Virus record (IMG/VR): IMGVR_UViG_3300037067_003771
Coordinates: 1 to 64,000 of that record
DNA: 64,000 nucleotides
DNA from: a virus
Lineage: Duplodnaviria; Caudoviricetes
Strand: one strand, 5' to 3'
Position 1 is the first letter of the stretch. The number at the start of each line of letters is the position of its first letter. The position numbers and the translations under genes were made by a program. Positions 30,200 to 40,134 of the stretch are shown here, in pieces. The notes under the pieces are model-generated. The model saw only the letters and a list, made by a program, of their open reading frames with translations, was not told where the DNA came from and made no database searches.

Positions 30200-32215
30200 C
30201 TATAAGGCTCTAGGATTAACGTATTGTTGTTTAGCACTCATACTACCAAAATTAGGTTTGTTGCGCTTCATCTGCTCTCCAAATGCTTCAGCAAGCCTAT
30301 TAATATCTGACGCTGTTAATGACACAACTAATGTTTGATTTGACTTTACTTTTGCATCAACTTTTCCCAATGGTAAATTAAAACCACCACCACCTTGTTC
30401 AGCTTTTACTGACTGAGGTTTTTTACCCATCAATGTTCCAACTCTAAAATCATTATTTATTGTATTTCTATCTCCATATACATCTCTACCTGGAAATGGT
30501 TCAACATGCCAAGCCTCATTTTTACCACCAGGATAATTACCCCAATGTAAAAGTGGTCTATGAAATCCATATTTTTCCATCAAACCAAATTTTTCTAATT
30601 CTTCCGCATTTACAGATTGAATATCCACAGCATATCCAAAATCATGAACACTTTTACCACCACGATCTCGCTTTGCAGAATTGACTTGAATATTTTTTCC
30701 TGTCAAATCATAATATTCTCCTGCCATATTAACAAAATTATTAAACATTTCTGGTTTCAAACCAAATAAATTTGGTTGCTCATATAAAGAAATTCCTTTA
30801 TATCCTTTTAATGCTCTCATGGTTTTCTCAAAAAAAGATAATTTTTCAGGCATAGTATAACCTTTATCTTTATCTGGTTTTCCAATTTTATTTACAAATT
30901 TATTTTTAAATAACCAATCTTTTTTCATGTGAACTAACGGTGGTGAGTTTATAAAATTATCACCATCCTTATTTACATCATCTGAATTTAAACCAACATT
31001 TTCTCCTATTTTATTATACATATTAAAAAAACCAGATTTGTTTCCCTTATCCATCTTTTTATTAAACCCAGAATTTTGATTTACTTTATAATTATCACCT
31101 TTAACATCTCTAAATAAATTTAAAGCATCGATAGCCAAACTTAATCCTGTCCCTATTCCAGGAAATAATACTGCAACACTAGAAGCTAAATCTAACATTC
31201 CACCAACTTTATCACCCTTGTTAAATCTCGAAATTGCTGACATTATACTTAACAATGTTCCAACAACAGGAAGTTTTTTTAAAGCAAACTTTCCACCTTT
31301 TCCAATTAATGATTTTAATACTAATGATCCGCCAGCCTTAAAACCTGATTTACTAATAATACGACTCAAACTACTTGCAAATGAAAATCCTGAATTAATA
31401 ACCTTTGTTGCAGATGATAATCCTTTAATTATTCCACCAATAGAAAATGCCTTTTTAACCCCTGATAATATCTTCCCAATAGTAAATGCATCTTTCAAAA
31501 AGGTAGGATTTAAAAAAACTGATTTTACTGCACCAATTAACGACATCCCAATAAAACTACCGACATTTGTTATAACGTCTTTTCCACCCTTTTCGTTATA
31601 CCAAACATCAACAGATTTACCAAGAAATTTAAAAACACCAACAGACCCATCAATTAATCCTTTTCTTATCTTTGTTACAAATTCTCCCTTTCCAGTGAGC
31701 AAATAACCAACCAATCCACCAATAGCCAAACTTTTTCCAACACCCAACAATCCACTCAACCAACCTTTTTTCTGTTTATGTTCATCTTTTTGTAAATCTA
31801 AACTAGCAGCAACTAGGTTTTCAATATCAATAATATTCTTTTTTAGATCATCATTAGGATCTGCCTTTTTAAAATAATCTCTATTTGTTTTTGGTGTAAT
31901 ATTACTAGAAATCTTTTTAACTAAATCTGTAGACAACGTTTTAAAAAACGACATATTTTGTCTGTTTAACGTCTTTGTCTGTTCTATAATTGGTGATTTG
32001 GCATCGCCGACCAATTTTTTATTTAACATTGTTATAGAACTATTCAATACTTTCAAAGATTCAATGTTCTTCATCTGCACATCTGTAGAAGACATAAAAG
32101 CCCTAGTTGTATTGTTAAATACAGAACTAAGGCTTTTCTTTAATTGCTCATTAGATTCTTTAACAAAATTCGTTGCTTGTGTATTTTTTAAAAAATCGTT
32201 ATCTCTCGGTGCCAT
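30200..32215 (-). CDS. Tape measure protein with C-terminal M15 zinc peptidase
   Basis: Gly/hydrophobic segments (LKKLPVVGTLL...FPGIGTGLSLAID); VNSAKR..SVHDFGYAVD...EAWHVE M15 motifs. Confidence 0.8.
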   Translation of the reverse strand: MAPRDNDFLKNTQATNFVKESNEQLKKSLSSVFNNTTRAFMSSTDVQMKNIESLKVLNSSITMLNKKLVGDAKSPIIEQTKTLNRQNMSFFKTLSTDLVKKISSNITPKTNRDYFKKADPNDDLKKNIIDIENLVAASLDLQKDEHKQKKGWLSGLLGVGKSLAIGGLVGYLLTGKGEFVTKIRKGLIDGSVGVFKFLGKSVDVWYNEKGGKDVITNVGSFIGMSLIGAVKSVFLNPTFLKDAFTIGKILSGVKKAFSIGGIIKGLSSATKVINSGFSFASSLSRIISKSGFKAGGSLVLKSLIGKGGKFALKKLPVVGTLLSIMSAISRFNKGDKVGGMLDLASSVAVLFPGIGTGLSLAIDALNLFRDVKGDNYKVNQNSGFNKKMDKGNKSGFFNMYNKIGENVGLNSDDVNKDGDNFINSPPLVHMKKDWLFKNKFVNKIGKPDKDKGYTMPEKLSFFEKTMRALKGYKGISLYEQPNLFGLKPEMFNNFVNMAGEYYDLTGKNIQVNSAKRDRGGKSVHDFGYAVDIQSVNAEELEKFGLMEKYGFHRPLLHWGNYPGGKNEAWHVEPFPGRDVYGDRNTINNDFRVGTLMGKKPQSVKAEQGGGGFNLPLGKVDAKVKSNQTLVVSLTASDINRLAEAFGEQMKRNKPNFGSMSAKQQYVNPRAL

Positions 32216-32432
32216 TTGAATCTCTCATGTTGAATTTTGTTAATAAATCAGGGCTTAAATTAGCTAATGACATTTCACCCTGTTTTACATTTTCAGCATC
32301 ATTTTCCCTTTTCCTTTGTTCAACTAAACGTTCATATCTCCAAACAAACTCATAATATTCAGAATCATCATAATTAAAAGGAATTTTCATTTCATAACTT
32401 ATATTAAATTCCTTTTCTAAAATATCATCCAT
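32199..32432 (-). CDS. Small tail assembly chaperone, gp51-like
   Basis: MDDILEKEF...EYYEFVWRYERL; overlaps the gp26-like stop and the TMP start. Confidence 0.6.
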   Translation of the reverse strand: MDDILEKEFNISYEMKIPFNYDDSEYYEFVWRYERLVEQRKRENDAENVKQGEMSLANLSPDLLTKFNMRDSNGTER

Positions 32433-33330
32433 CTGAATATTTGGGAATAAAGAAGTCGCTGCGAAACGTAATTCCCATAGGAACGTTCCCTCCACATCTC
32501 ATACACTCAACATTCATGGTTGGGTCTACACCCATTGCCCATTTATCAATATATGTCAATATAAAAGCAAAATCTTCAGGTGATAGCATCTCTACATATT
32601 TATATCTTTCCAACATATCTTCACATTTTCTACCATTCAAACTATCCAACATAAACGATATTCCTAACATCTCATCATCAATCTCTTCAAATAACTTCCC
32701 ATAAATATCCTTAAACTTCTCAAATAATATTTCATCACCAATTTTTAAATATCGCAATGTTATAACATCTTTACTAGTTATCAATGATATCTGCTTATTG
32801 GGTTCATATTCATCTTTAATATAATTAATCGATAAATTGTTAATGTCAAAATGATACTCAGATTCAGTATCACATTTTGGACATCTAAAATTAACTCGAT
32901 ATCTTGAATCTCTAAATGAATTCGATCTTAACCAAAATAAAATATAAACTTTATCGCTTAATAAAATATCATTTATATCTATTCCTCTTACACACCGCTT
33001 TAAAATATCATTTATAATATAATCAGCATTTCTTTCATTCATCGATGCTAATTTTTTAATATTCAATACAGACAACATCTTTACTTCTATTACTGTATTC
33101 TCAGGATATAATCTATATTTAGACGGCAAATTATCTATCTTCCAATAATTTGCTTTATCTATTGTTAACGGTTTATCTACAGGTTCATTCTGCTCCGCTC
33201 TGCGTTGCATTTCACCCATTATCTCAAGCATTCTCTTTTCATCAGATTCCTTTGTGCTTTCTTGAATCTGAGGATTTGATTCTAAATTTGGATCTTCCAT
33301 CTTAATTGTCATTTCAATACTTCCTTTCAA
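32425..33330 (-). CDS. Baseplate hub assembly protein, T4 gp26-like
   Basis: LPSKY..YP; DKVYILFWLR; CPKC; LRYLKIGDE; CMRCG...DFFIP. True start may be 33312. Confidence 0.8.
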   Translation of the reverse strand: MKGSIEMTIKMEDPNLESNPQIQESTKESDEKRMLEIMGEMQRRAEQNEPVDKPLTIDKANYWKIDNLPSKYRLYPENTVIEVKMLSVLNIKKLASMNERNADYIINDILKRCVRGIDINDILLSDKVYILFWLRSNSFRDSRYRVNFRCPKCDTESEYHFDINNLSINYIKDEYEPNKQISLITSKDVITLRYLKIGDEILFEKFKDIYGKLFEEIDDEMLGISFMLDSLNGRKCEDMLERYKYVEMLSPEDFAFILTYIDKWAMGVDPTMNVECMRCGGNVPMGITFRSDFFIPKYSDG

Positions 33331-33915
33331 TTATGGTACTGATTTTAACAAATTTCCAGTAACTTGATTCTGTGTATCATATAAAGGCAACAAATTCACA
33401 TCGTACATCAACGCTTTAATCACATCGGTTCTAAAAGTTAGTTTATGCTTCGCTGTTTCACTTGAACTATATTGTAATGAAATATCATCAGCACCTAAAA
33501 AAGAAACATTCTTTGCTGTAAATAAAGCAACACTCTTACCTTCCATATTCTTTATCTCTATATCTAAATCACCAATGTTTTGTTCATTTATCGGTTTATG
33601 TAAACCATTTATATCTATAATTGTTTTCTGTAATTCTAAAATTAATCTAAGCACTGTTCCTTTATGATCATCTTCGTATGTAACGGAAATGTTAAAAGGT
33701 TCTGTATGGTCTATAACAGAGAATGAACGAGTAACGGCACCGTAATTTATCCACTCACCTTTAAATTTATACATTGGTATTGTAACATCAACAACATGAT
33801 AATCCTGTAATAAATTCGTCTGATTTTTAAATCTAACTGAAAATAAAAATGACGGGCGTACAGTTTTTAAATTATAAAATTTTAATATTGAAAAATCAGA
33901 AAAAAGGTTTCCCAT
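33331..33915 (-). CDS. Tail-tube-fold protein (gp19/gp54 paralogue)
   Basis: RPSFLFSVRF; VVDVTIP; ISVTYEDD; ISLQYS..LTFR.D tube-like pattern. Confidence 0.6.
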   Translation of the reverse strand: MGNLFSDFSILKFYNLKTVRPSFLFSVRFKNQTNLLQDYHVVDVTIPMYKFKGEWINYGAVTRSFSVIDHTEPFNISVTYEDDHKGTVLRLILELQKTIIDINGLHKPINEQNIGDLDIEIKNMEGKSVALFTAKNVSFLGADDISLQYSSSETAKHKLTFRTDVIKALMYDVNLLPLYDTQNQVTGNLLKSVP

Positions 33916-33963
33916 TTTTATCTCGATGTCTGTCTAGTATATATTAAAAACGTAGCTTTAAAA

Positions 33964-33971
33964 TATTTATA
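33964..33971 (-). promoter_or_regulatory. T4-type late promoter
   Basis: Intergenic TATAAATA. Confidence 0.6.
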
Positions 33972-34010
33972 TATTCTAAAAATTGAATTTGTTTGTAGTA
34001 TTAATTAATC

Positions 34011-34514
34011 TTATCGTTTTAATTTATTATAAATTTCTTCTTCTTCATCTTTAGTAAAACCATCTAAATGAAATGAATAATTTGTTATTTCGTCAGTACG
34101 AAAATCTGTATCTGGAGTTATAGATAAATACCAAATTCCATTTCTTCCATAGGAATTTTGAAAATTAGAACTAGACGGTTCAACAATACCAGAAAAATCT
34201 TTTGTGCTACTGTTATAACTAATTCCTAATTTACTCCATATTTCTTGACACGCTTTAGTTGCAATATCAATTCCTTCGTCTTTATCATATTCATCCAACT
34301 CAACATCTATAACACTATCTTCACCTTTATCGTCAGTTTCACCAATTTCTAAACTCTCTTCATCCCATGTTTCGTAATTGACAGTTATTGTTCTTTTCTT
34401 ATCCATAGAATTCATTGTTGGTTTATCAAATAATTCCTCTTGTTCAGAATCATCATCTTCATCCATCCAATAATTTGCCGTCTCTAGTAATAAATCTGTT
34501 AGTTTGTCTTTCAT
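34011..34514 (-). CDS. Acidic protein, ETANYWMDED leader family
   Basis: MKDKLTDLLLETANYWMDEDD. Confidence 0.65.
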   Translation of the reverse strand: MKDKLTDLLLETANYWMDEDDDSEQEELFDKPTMNSMDKKRTITVNYETWDEESLEIGETDDKGEDSVIDVELDEYDKDEGIDIATKACQEIWSKLGISYNSSTKDFSGIVEPSSSNFQNSYGRNGIWYLSITPDTDFRTDEITNYSFHLDGFTKDEEEEIYNKLKR

Positions 34515-34898
34515 TTAGTTTCCCATTTCTAACACAGCATTATCAGGTATAATATTTAAATTCTTTAAATGTATTTCTAAATTATTTATATCATCCCCAC
34601 TATCCATAAACCCATCAACAACTTCTGGAATTTCACCATCTTCATCAGACTTTATTTCATAAACCGGTTTTCCATTTTCGTCTCTAACATCAGCAGAAAA
34701 TTCACCACGCTCATCTAAATTAATATAATATTGATAAACTAATGATTTATCTTCCACATCTTCTTCATCATAATCTTCTTCACCAACCCACCGATTAGCA
34801 AGTTCAGACATATCATTATCTACTTCATCAGATACAATATTTTCGTCCTCTTCAAAAAACCACTTCTCTGCTTCTGATAACATATCTCGTTTTTCCAT
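34515..34898 (-). CDS. Acidic protein, same leader family
   Basis: MLSEAEKWFFEED and a second copy MSELANRWVGEED; YYINLDERGEFSADVR domain. Confidence 0.65.
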   Translation of the reverse strand: MEKRDMLSEAEKWFFEEDENIVSDEVDNDMSELANRWVGEEDYDEEDVEDKSLVYQYYINLDERGEFSADVRDENGKPVYEIKSDEDGEIPEVVDGFMDSGDDINNLEIHLKNLNIIPDNAVLEMGN

Positions 34899-34909
34899 TG
34901 TAATTCCTT

Positions 34910-35332
34910 TTATGAATATATTTTTCCATCGTCACCAATATATAAATCCATGTTTTCATAATTTTTTGACACAGTTGATAATTTCTCACCAACCTCTTCA
35001 TCATAACCTCCATTTGAACTTTTATCCCAAAATCCAGCACCATGACCGTTTCTTGTTAACCAAAAATCGTGTCCTGCTTGTTCATCTGACCAACCACCAT
35101 TACTATATAATTCTTTATTTTCATCCTGAAAATTATTACAATCTTTTTTCATTAATTCTAAAGTTTCATCTGAAATATCTTCAAAAGAAAAATGTTTATC
35201 TTCTGGTTCATCATCTGTAAATGTCCACAATGCGGCTTCTATATAAGCTTTTGTAAATTCATCCAAACCATCAATGTCAACATCTTCATCCATCCAATAA
35301 TTTGCTGTTTCTATTAGTAAATTCTTTTTCAT
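34910..35332 (-). CDS. Acidic protein, same leader family
   Basis: MKKNLLIETANYWMDED; AYIEAALW...AGHDFWLTRNGHGAGFWD domain. Confidence 0.7.
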   Translation of the reverse strand: MKKNLLIETANYWMDEDVDIDGLDEFTKAYIEAALWTFTDDEPEDKHFSFEDISDETLELMKKDCNNFQDENKELYSNGGWSDEQAGHDFWLTRNGHGAGFWDKSSNGGYDEEVGEKLSTVSKNYENMDLYIGDDGKIYS

Positions 35333-35347
35333 ATTATTCCTTAAAAA

Positions 35348-35605
35348 TTATTTTTTGATTGATTCTAAATAAGAAATTATTTGTTCAACAGATTCATTAT
35401 TCACATCCATCCATTTTGTTTGCATAGTTTCATTACCGTCAACATCATTAACGAATTTAACCAACATTCTCTGATTTGAATCTAATCTATTTAACTGATC
35501 TGAATAATATGAAGAACTTTCATCAATTGTATCTTCCATTTCTTCATTTCCTAATTCTTCTTCATCAAACCATTGATTTGCATTTTCTACTAATTTATTT
35601 TTCAT
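35348..35605 (-). CDS. Acidic protein, same leader family
   Basis: MKNKLVENANQWFDEEE behind an AAGGA RBS. Confidence 0.6.
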   Translation of the reverse strand: MKNKLVENANQWFDEEELGNEEMEDTIDESSSYYSDQLNRLDSNQRMLVKFVNDVDGNETMQTKWMDVNNESVEQIISYLESIKK

Positions 35606-35624
35606 TATTATTTCCTTAATGTGA

Positions 35625-36203
35625 TTATATAGTTGTGTCTGGGAATTCAGTCCAGTTGTCATATTGAAAACCAACAGAGTAAGTAACTACTCCTGAATTT
35701 GCATAATCAAGAGCAACTTCACCGACATTTTGAGGCCAACAATTCATAAATCTAATGGATTTCTCTAATGGTGTCCCATCATATTTATACATAATTAAAA
35801 ATATATCTTTTGAATATGCTCTCTTAAATGGAAATTTACTTTTACCCGCCGATATAGGATTCTCAGGAGACATATTAAAAATATTTTGTTGCCATTCGTA
35901 AAGAATTTTAAATATTCTTTGATCTTCAGTATCTTCAAATGTTGCAGTTGCTACTCCTAAAGTGTCAACTCTTCCAGGATATGCTTGCTTTGTTCCCATA
36001 AACTCGCTTATTGTTGCATTTGTAGTACGAGGAGGTATGACAAATGATCTACATCTAATTATTAAATCCTCTTCATTTCCTAATGCGCTCTGAGGTGCTA
36101 CCGCTCTCACTCCTGGAATCACAAGATTCCACATCCAAGATTTTTGAACGTCTGGTAAAGTCTTTGTGCGCCCCAAAATCGAGAAGTTATTTTGATCTGC
36201 CAT
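35625..36203 (-). CDS. Tail tube protein, T4 gp19-like
   Basis: CRSFVIP; FMG..YPGR; TFEDTED; W; CWPQNVGEVALDY; FQYDNW. Confidence 0.9.
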   Translation of the reverse strand: MADQNNFSILGRTKTLPDVQKSWMWNLVIPGVRAVAPQSALGNEEDLIIRCRSFVIPPRTTNATISEFMGTKQAYPGRVDTLGVATATFEDTEDQRIFKILYEWQQNIFNMSPENPISAGKSKFPFKRAYSKDIFLIMYKYDGTPLEKSIRFMNCWPQNVGEVALDYANSGVVTYSVGFQYDNWTEFPDTTI

Positions 36204-36241
36204 ATATTTATCTCCTTCTTATTTATTTTCCATCTCTAAAG

Positions 36242-36249
36242 TATTTATA
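36242..36249 (-). promoter_or_regulatory. T4-type late promoter (tube gene)
   Basis: TATAAATACTT upstream of AAGGAG. Confidence 0.75.
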
Positions 36250-36274
36250 TATTTTAACTAATAATCAAATCATT

Positions 36275-36319
36275 TTATAAAAATAAAGTAACAAACAAAA
36301 ATAGCTTGCTACTTTATTT
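36275..36319 (-). terminator. Rho-independent terminator after the sheath gene
   Basis: AAATAAAGTAGCAAGC-loop-GTTTGTTACTTTATTT plus U-rich tail. Confidence 0.6.
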
Positions 36320-36330
36320 ATTTTTATTTA

Positions 36331-38217
36331 TTAAGCATATTTAAGTTGTGAAATAGACACACTAGAATTTGACCTCAATACCACCGCACTAAACTGCAAA
36401 AAGTAAATTGCTCTTGGTGGCTTAATATAAAAGTCAAGATTCATCTGGTTCGCATCAATTACCGATGCTGGATTATTCGTTTCATCGCAAACAACATTAT
36501 ATCCTTTACCACCAGTATCTGAAAATCCACCACCAGCTTGAACACCAGCCAAAAATTCATCAACTTCACTCCAAGCTCTAAGTCTTGTTTGTGTGGTATT
36601 ATTCTCAAATAAATACTTAAACATTGCAATCTCTATATTATTTTCAATATACAGTAACAATCTTCTCACATTTACATCTGATAATGCAGATTTATATAAT
36701 TGGGCAGTCTTCTGACCCCACATCACAAAACCAGTACCCCTAACTAGTTTCACACAATTTATATTTTTATCAAAAATTTTACCAATATCAGTATCAGTAA
36801 GGATTTTATTCTGATCTAATACACCAATAACACCACGAGTTATACCGGCTGGAGCATCCCAAGGATTTGCTATATTGTCACATCTAGCAAAAAGTGACGC
36901 ACCATAAATACTATTAGGCAACCACACATAAGCATCATTGTAATTGTCATATACTTTTGAATACGCACAATACAAGGAAACATAAGATGGAGCTATATAA
37001 CCATACGCCTCAGAATTTATAATATCAGTATAAGTCACATCATCTATTTCACCAACTTGATTAGTAGCAATACAATCCATACGTCTAGCAACAACAGCAC
37101 CAACCCGTTGTTTAGTTGTGGTTACATAACTTGAATTAATAAGTATCTGTACTGGTAATTCTTCCCGATTCAAAAAATAATCCCACATATCATCATCACT
37201 TGAATCCAAACCATTTGTTTCATGGACAGCACCATTGGCCAATTCACAAAATTTTGTGGCATTCAATACATAATACCCATTACTATCTATCCCATCAGGA
37301 ACATCAGCACTTAATCCACTAAAATCATAAGAATATTCTAATGTTGCAGATGCTAATGCTTTAACATAAACATATTTTGAATTTCCATTGATTGCAGTTT
37401 CAATAGATAAGTCATTACCATCACCATCATAAACACTAGTCAAAGTTCCATAATAAGATTCAACTTCTTGAATTCTAAGTTTTGTTGCCGCTTTATCCGC
37501 AGAATTAGAATACATAGTATCCCAAGTTTGTTCTGGTTCCTTTTTATAAACTTTTAATTTAAAAACTTTACTTGCAACTGGAAAATGCGTTGCTATATCA
37601 CCACTTGTTGCACTTGTCCAAATTGCAGACGTTGTGGCAGAAATATCACTAGGATACGCATCATATCTATATAACCAATCCGCAGTTGGACTTAATGTTT
37701 CAACTGTAATTGCAATATCGTTTCCTTCTAAACCTGGGGAAACAGACCCAACAAGAATCGGCTCTGTCGTAGTAATCGCTTCAATAGAACTTATATTATC
37801 AGCGGTATCATAAACTGACGGTGTAGCAGTAAGTGAAGGAATACCAGAACTACAATCTGTATTTGCACTAGTCAAATCATTATCAATTTGAATGGCCGCA
37901 TAAACATCTTCAGCATCAAATGCTCTTACAACATACAATGTTTGTGATTCTTTTAAAAATTCTAATGCTGCATATGCACCATAACCATATTCAGGAATTA
38001 AAGGATCATTACCAGTTAATCCTGAACCAGAAACATAATATGGTGCGCCAAATTTTTCAATAAATTCTTTATCATTTGAAACCTGAACTGGTTGTCTAAT
38101 TCTACCCTTTTGAAATCTTCCAACCAAACCACCATTAGAAATGCCTGTGGCAATTAAAATTGTAGACAAATCTAATTCTTTTTTATATATACCTGGGTAT
38201 GAAAAAACTCTTGGCAT
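36331..38217 (-). CDS. Tail sheath protein, T4 gp18-like
   Basis: YPGIYKKELDLS; PWDAPAGITRG; WGQKT; VNVRRLL; VVCDETNNPASVID; IKP. Confidence 0.95.
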   Translation of the reverse strand: MPRVFSYPGIYKKELDLSTILIATGISNGGLVGRFQKGRIRQPVQVSNDKEFIEKFGAPYYVSGSGLTGNDPLIPEYGYGAYAALEFLKESQTLYVVRAFDAEDVYAAIQIDNDLTSANTDCSSGIPSLTATPSVYDTADNISSIEAITTTEPILVGSVSPGLEGNDIAITVETLSPTADWLYRYDAYPSDISATTSAIWTSATSGDIATHFPVASKVFKLKVYKKEPEQTWDTMYSNSADKAATKLRIQEVESYYGTLTSVYDGDGNDLSIETAINGNSKYVYVKALASATLEYSYDFSGLSADVPDGIDSNGYYVLNATKFCELANGAVHETNGLDSSDDDMWDYFLNREELPVQILINSSYVTTTKQRVGAVVARRMDCIATNQVGEIDDVTYTDIINSEAYGYIAPSYVSLYCAYSKVYDNYNDAYVWLPNSIYGASLFARCDNIANPWDAPAGITRGVIGVLDQNKILTDTDIGKIFDKNINCVKLVRGTGFVMWGQKTAQLYKSALSDVNVRRLLLYIENNIEIAMFKYLFENNTTQTRLRAWSEVDEFLAGVQAGGGFSDTGGKGYNVVCDETNNPASVIDANQMNLDFYIKPPRAIYFLQFSAVVLRSNSSVSISQLKYA

Positions 38218-38225
38218 AAAACCTC

Positions 38226-38927
38226 CTAATTTATTTTTATAAAACTATTTTCATTTAATCTACTTTTGGTACTATTAATAACTTTTGAACATATACACAA
38301 ATTATCAAACCCACCAACAATCTCATAACTAATATTATTTACAAATCCATAATAAACACTAATTTTATGATCTATTGTTGGTTGTAATTTATTTTTATTT
38401 ACATGTAATAATGGATTTAAAGCACTAAATTCTTCATTTTTTATTAATCTTTTTCCTGTATAATAATCCATCCCATTCCACAGTTCAAATATTTTATCTT
38501 TCCATTTTTTTGTCTCTATTTTTACTAATTTCCTATATAAAGAAAAAGCATCTAACTTATCATCAGGCAACCAAATTCCTCTTTTAATTTTAGTTTTTCT
38601 TTGTTTATTCAACATATTAATTGATGATTTTTTACCAAAACGCGGATGTTTCTCTCCACATCTTGATTTATTACTACACTCAAAACAAATATCTCTATAT
38701 TGATTAAAATTTATTTCTCTTACTTTTCCGCACATTTCACACAAACATTTTATTTTTACATGACTTTGTTTTGATAAATCTTTAATAGAAACGAGTATTT
38801 TGGCATCTCTCTTAACTTTATTTCGTTTATATGAATTGTCATATCTTGGTATAAAATATCCTTTATTTTCCCAATAATTAATATGTCTAGGATTTAAAAT
38901 AACATATACTTCAGAATCTAATATCAC
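38226..38927 (-). CDS. Free-standing putative HNH-type homing endonuclease
   Basis: CEMCG/CFEC zinc motif; GEKHPRFGK (NUMOD-like); C-terminal DYYT...PTIDHKISV..GF...NLC...N..K. Confidence 0.7.
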   Translation of the reverse strand: MILDSEVYVILNPRHINYWENKGYFIPRYDNSYKRNKVKRDAKILVSIKDLSKQSHVKIKCLCEMCGKVREINFNQYRDICFECSNKSRCGEKHPRFGKKSSINMLNKQRKTKIKRGIWLPDDKLDAFSLYRKLVKIETKKWKDKIFELWNGMDYYTGKRLIKNEEFSALNPLLHVNKNKLQPTIDHKISVYYGFVNNISYEIVGGFDNLCICSKVINSTKSRLNENSFIKIN

Positions 38928-38956
38928 ACATTATCCTTTTTTAATATCTTTATAAG

Positions 38957-38964
38957 TATTTATA
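38957..38964 (-). promoter_or_regulatory. T4-type late promoter
   Basis: Intergenic TATAAATACTT. Confidence 0.7.
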
Positions 38965-39060
38965 TAAATTAAAAAAATAATATCACAAAAACCCATATTT
39001 ATTTTTTATTATAGTTCATTTTAACATAAACTGTAGTTACAATCTTCAAATATAATAATT

Positions 39061-40008
39061 TCATAAAATATAATTAATATCTTCATTATCAATGACAATC
39101 ATAGCCGGAAAACTTTTTATGCCTAAATAATAAAGTGCAACATATCTATGAGCACCTTCAAGAATATACGGCCCATCTTTATCAACAACTATAATCAATG
39201 GAGATATTTGTTTATTAATTTTTATTTTTTCTGCTAAACTTCTACTTTTATCAAAATCTGATTTTGCATAAAATATTGTATTTGGTTCAGAAAAATTATC
39301 CATTTTTACTTCTCTAATGTTTGGTAATATTTCATAATCATATAATGTAGATTCTATTGATGATTGATTTGGAATATTATCTAAAATTGTTAAATCATTT
39401 AATGTGTCTGTTTTTATTATTGGATATAGTAAATCATAATTATTGTCTGCTTCGTTTATGTTATCAGAATTTTTATTGAACTTCCCATTGTTTCCTGTTG
39501 CTGATTTTATTTGATTTGGTAAAAAGGTAATGTATATATTTCCACTCTCATCTCCACCCCTAACAATAATTCCATCGTTCTTATTTTTTTTAGCATTACT
39601 AAAAAATATATCAATATTACTATCAAAATAATTTGTTGCATTTCCCTTTACTTCTCTCACAATTGGATTTTTTATTTTTAAATAGACTGGTTTTATGTTT
39701 GGTGAATCTCCCATTCTAACATTGTAATCATAATCTTGTTTATCTGTATAAAAATCAGCCTCATCAGTATTATCAGTAAAAAACTGACCTTTTTTAACAA
39801 ATTTGTGATTTACACCTGATTTATCCTTACTAAAAGAATTAAATTCTTGTCTTGTTCCATGATAAACAACTAAAGGTTTTCCATCTTTATCAACAACTTT
39901 AGACGCAGAGTTAGAATTATGTTCCCAATCACCAAACCAATCCTTAAATTCCTTTGTATATATTTGTGGATTTTCATTCTCTGTAAAATAAAATGTATTA
40001 AAATCCAT
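39061..40008 (-). CDS. ART-PolyVal-like domain fused to ParB/Srx-like domain
   Basis: FKDWFGDW..SKVVDKDGKPLVVYHGT...FFTD...PVYL...DGII...PNQIKSATGNNG; C-terminal PLIIV...ILEGAHRYVAL. Confidence 0.75.
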   Translation of the reverse strand: MDFNTFYFTENENPQIYTKEFKDWFGDWEHNSNSASKVVDKDGKPLVVYHGTRQEFNSFSKDKSGVNHKFVKKGQFFTDNTDEADFYTDKQDYDYNVRMGDSPNIKPVYLKIKNPIVREVKGNATNYFDSNIDIFFSNAKKNKNDGIIVRGGDESGNIYITFLPNQIKSATGNNGKFNKNSDNINEADNNYDLLYPIIKTDTLNDLTILDNIPNQSSIESTLYDYEILPNIREVKMDNFSEPNTIFYAKSDFDKSRSLAEKIKINKQISPLIIVVDKDGPYILEGAHRYVALYYLGIKSFPAMIVIDNEDINYIL

Positions 40009-40026
40009 ATTAATCCTTTTTATTAG

Positions 40027-40046
40027 TATTTATATTAGTATTTATA
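40027..40046 (-). promoter_or_regulatory. Tandem T4-type late promoters
   Basis: TATAAATA at 40027-40034 and 40039-40046 (12-nt tandem repeat). Confidence 0.65.
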
Positions 40047-40134
40047 TTAATTAAAATGTCCGGTTAATAAACACAACACCCATTTTTAATATAAAAACAT
40101 AACATTATATTCGCCACAATGTCCGGTTCATGTC

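Noticed and set aside
32199-32495. Lambda G/GT-type frameshift between gp26-like and gp51-like genes
   Set aside because: No clear slippery heptamer; the ATG overlapping the upstream stop fits translational coupling.
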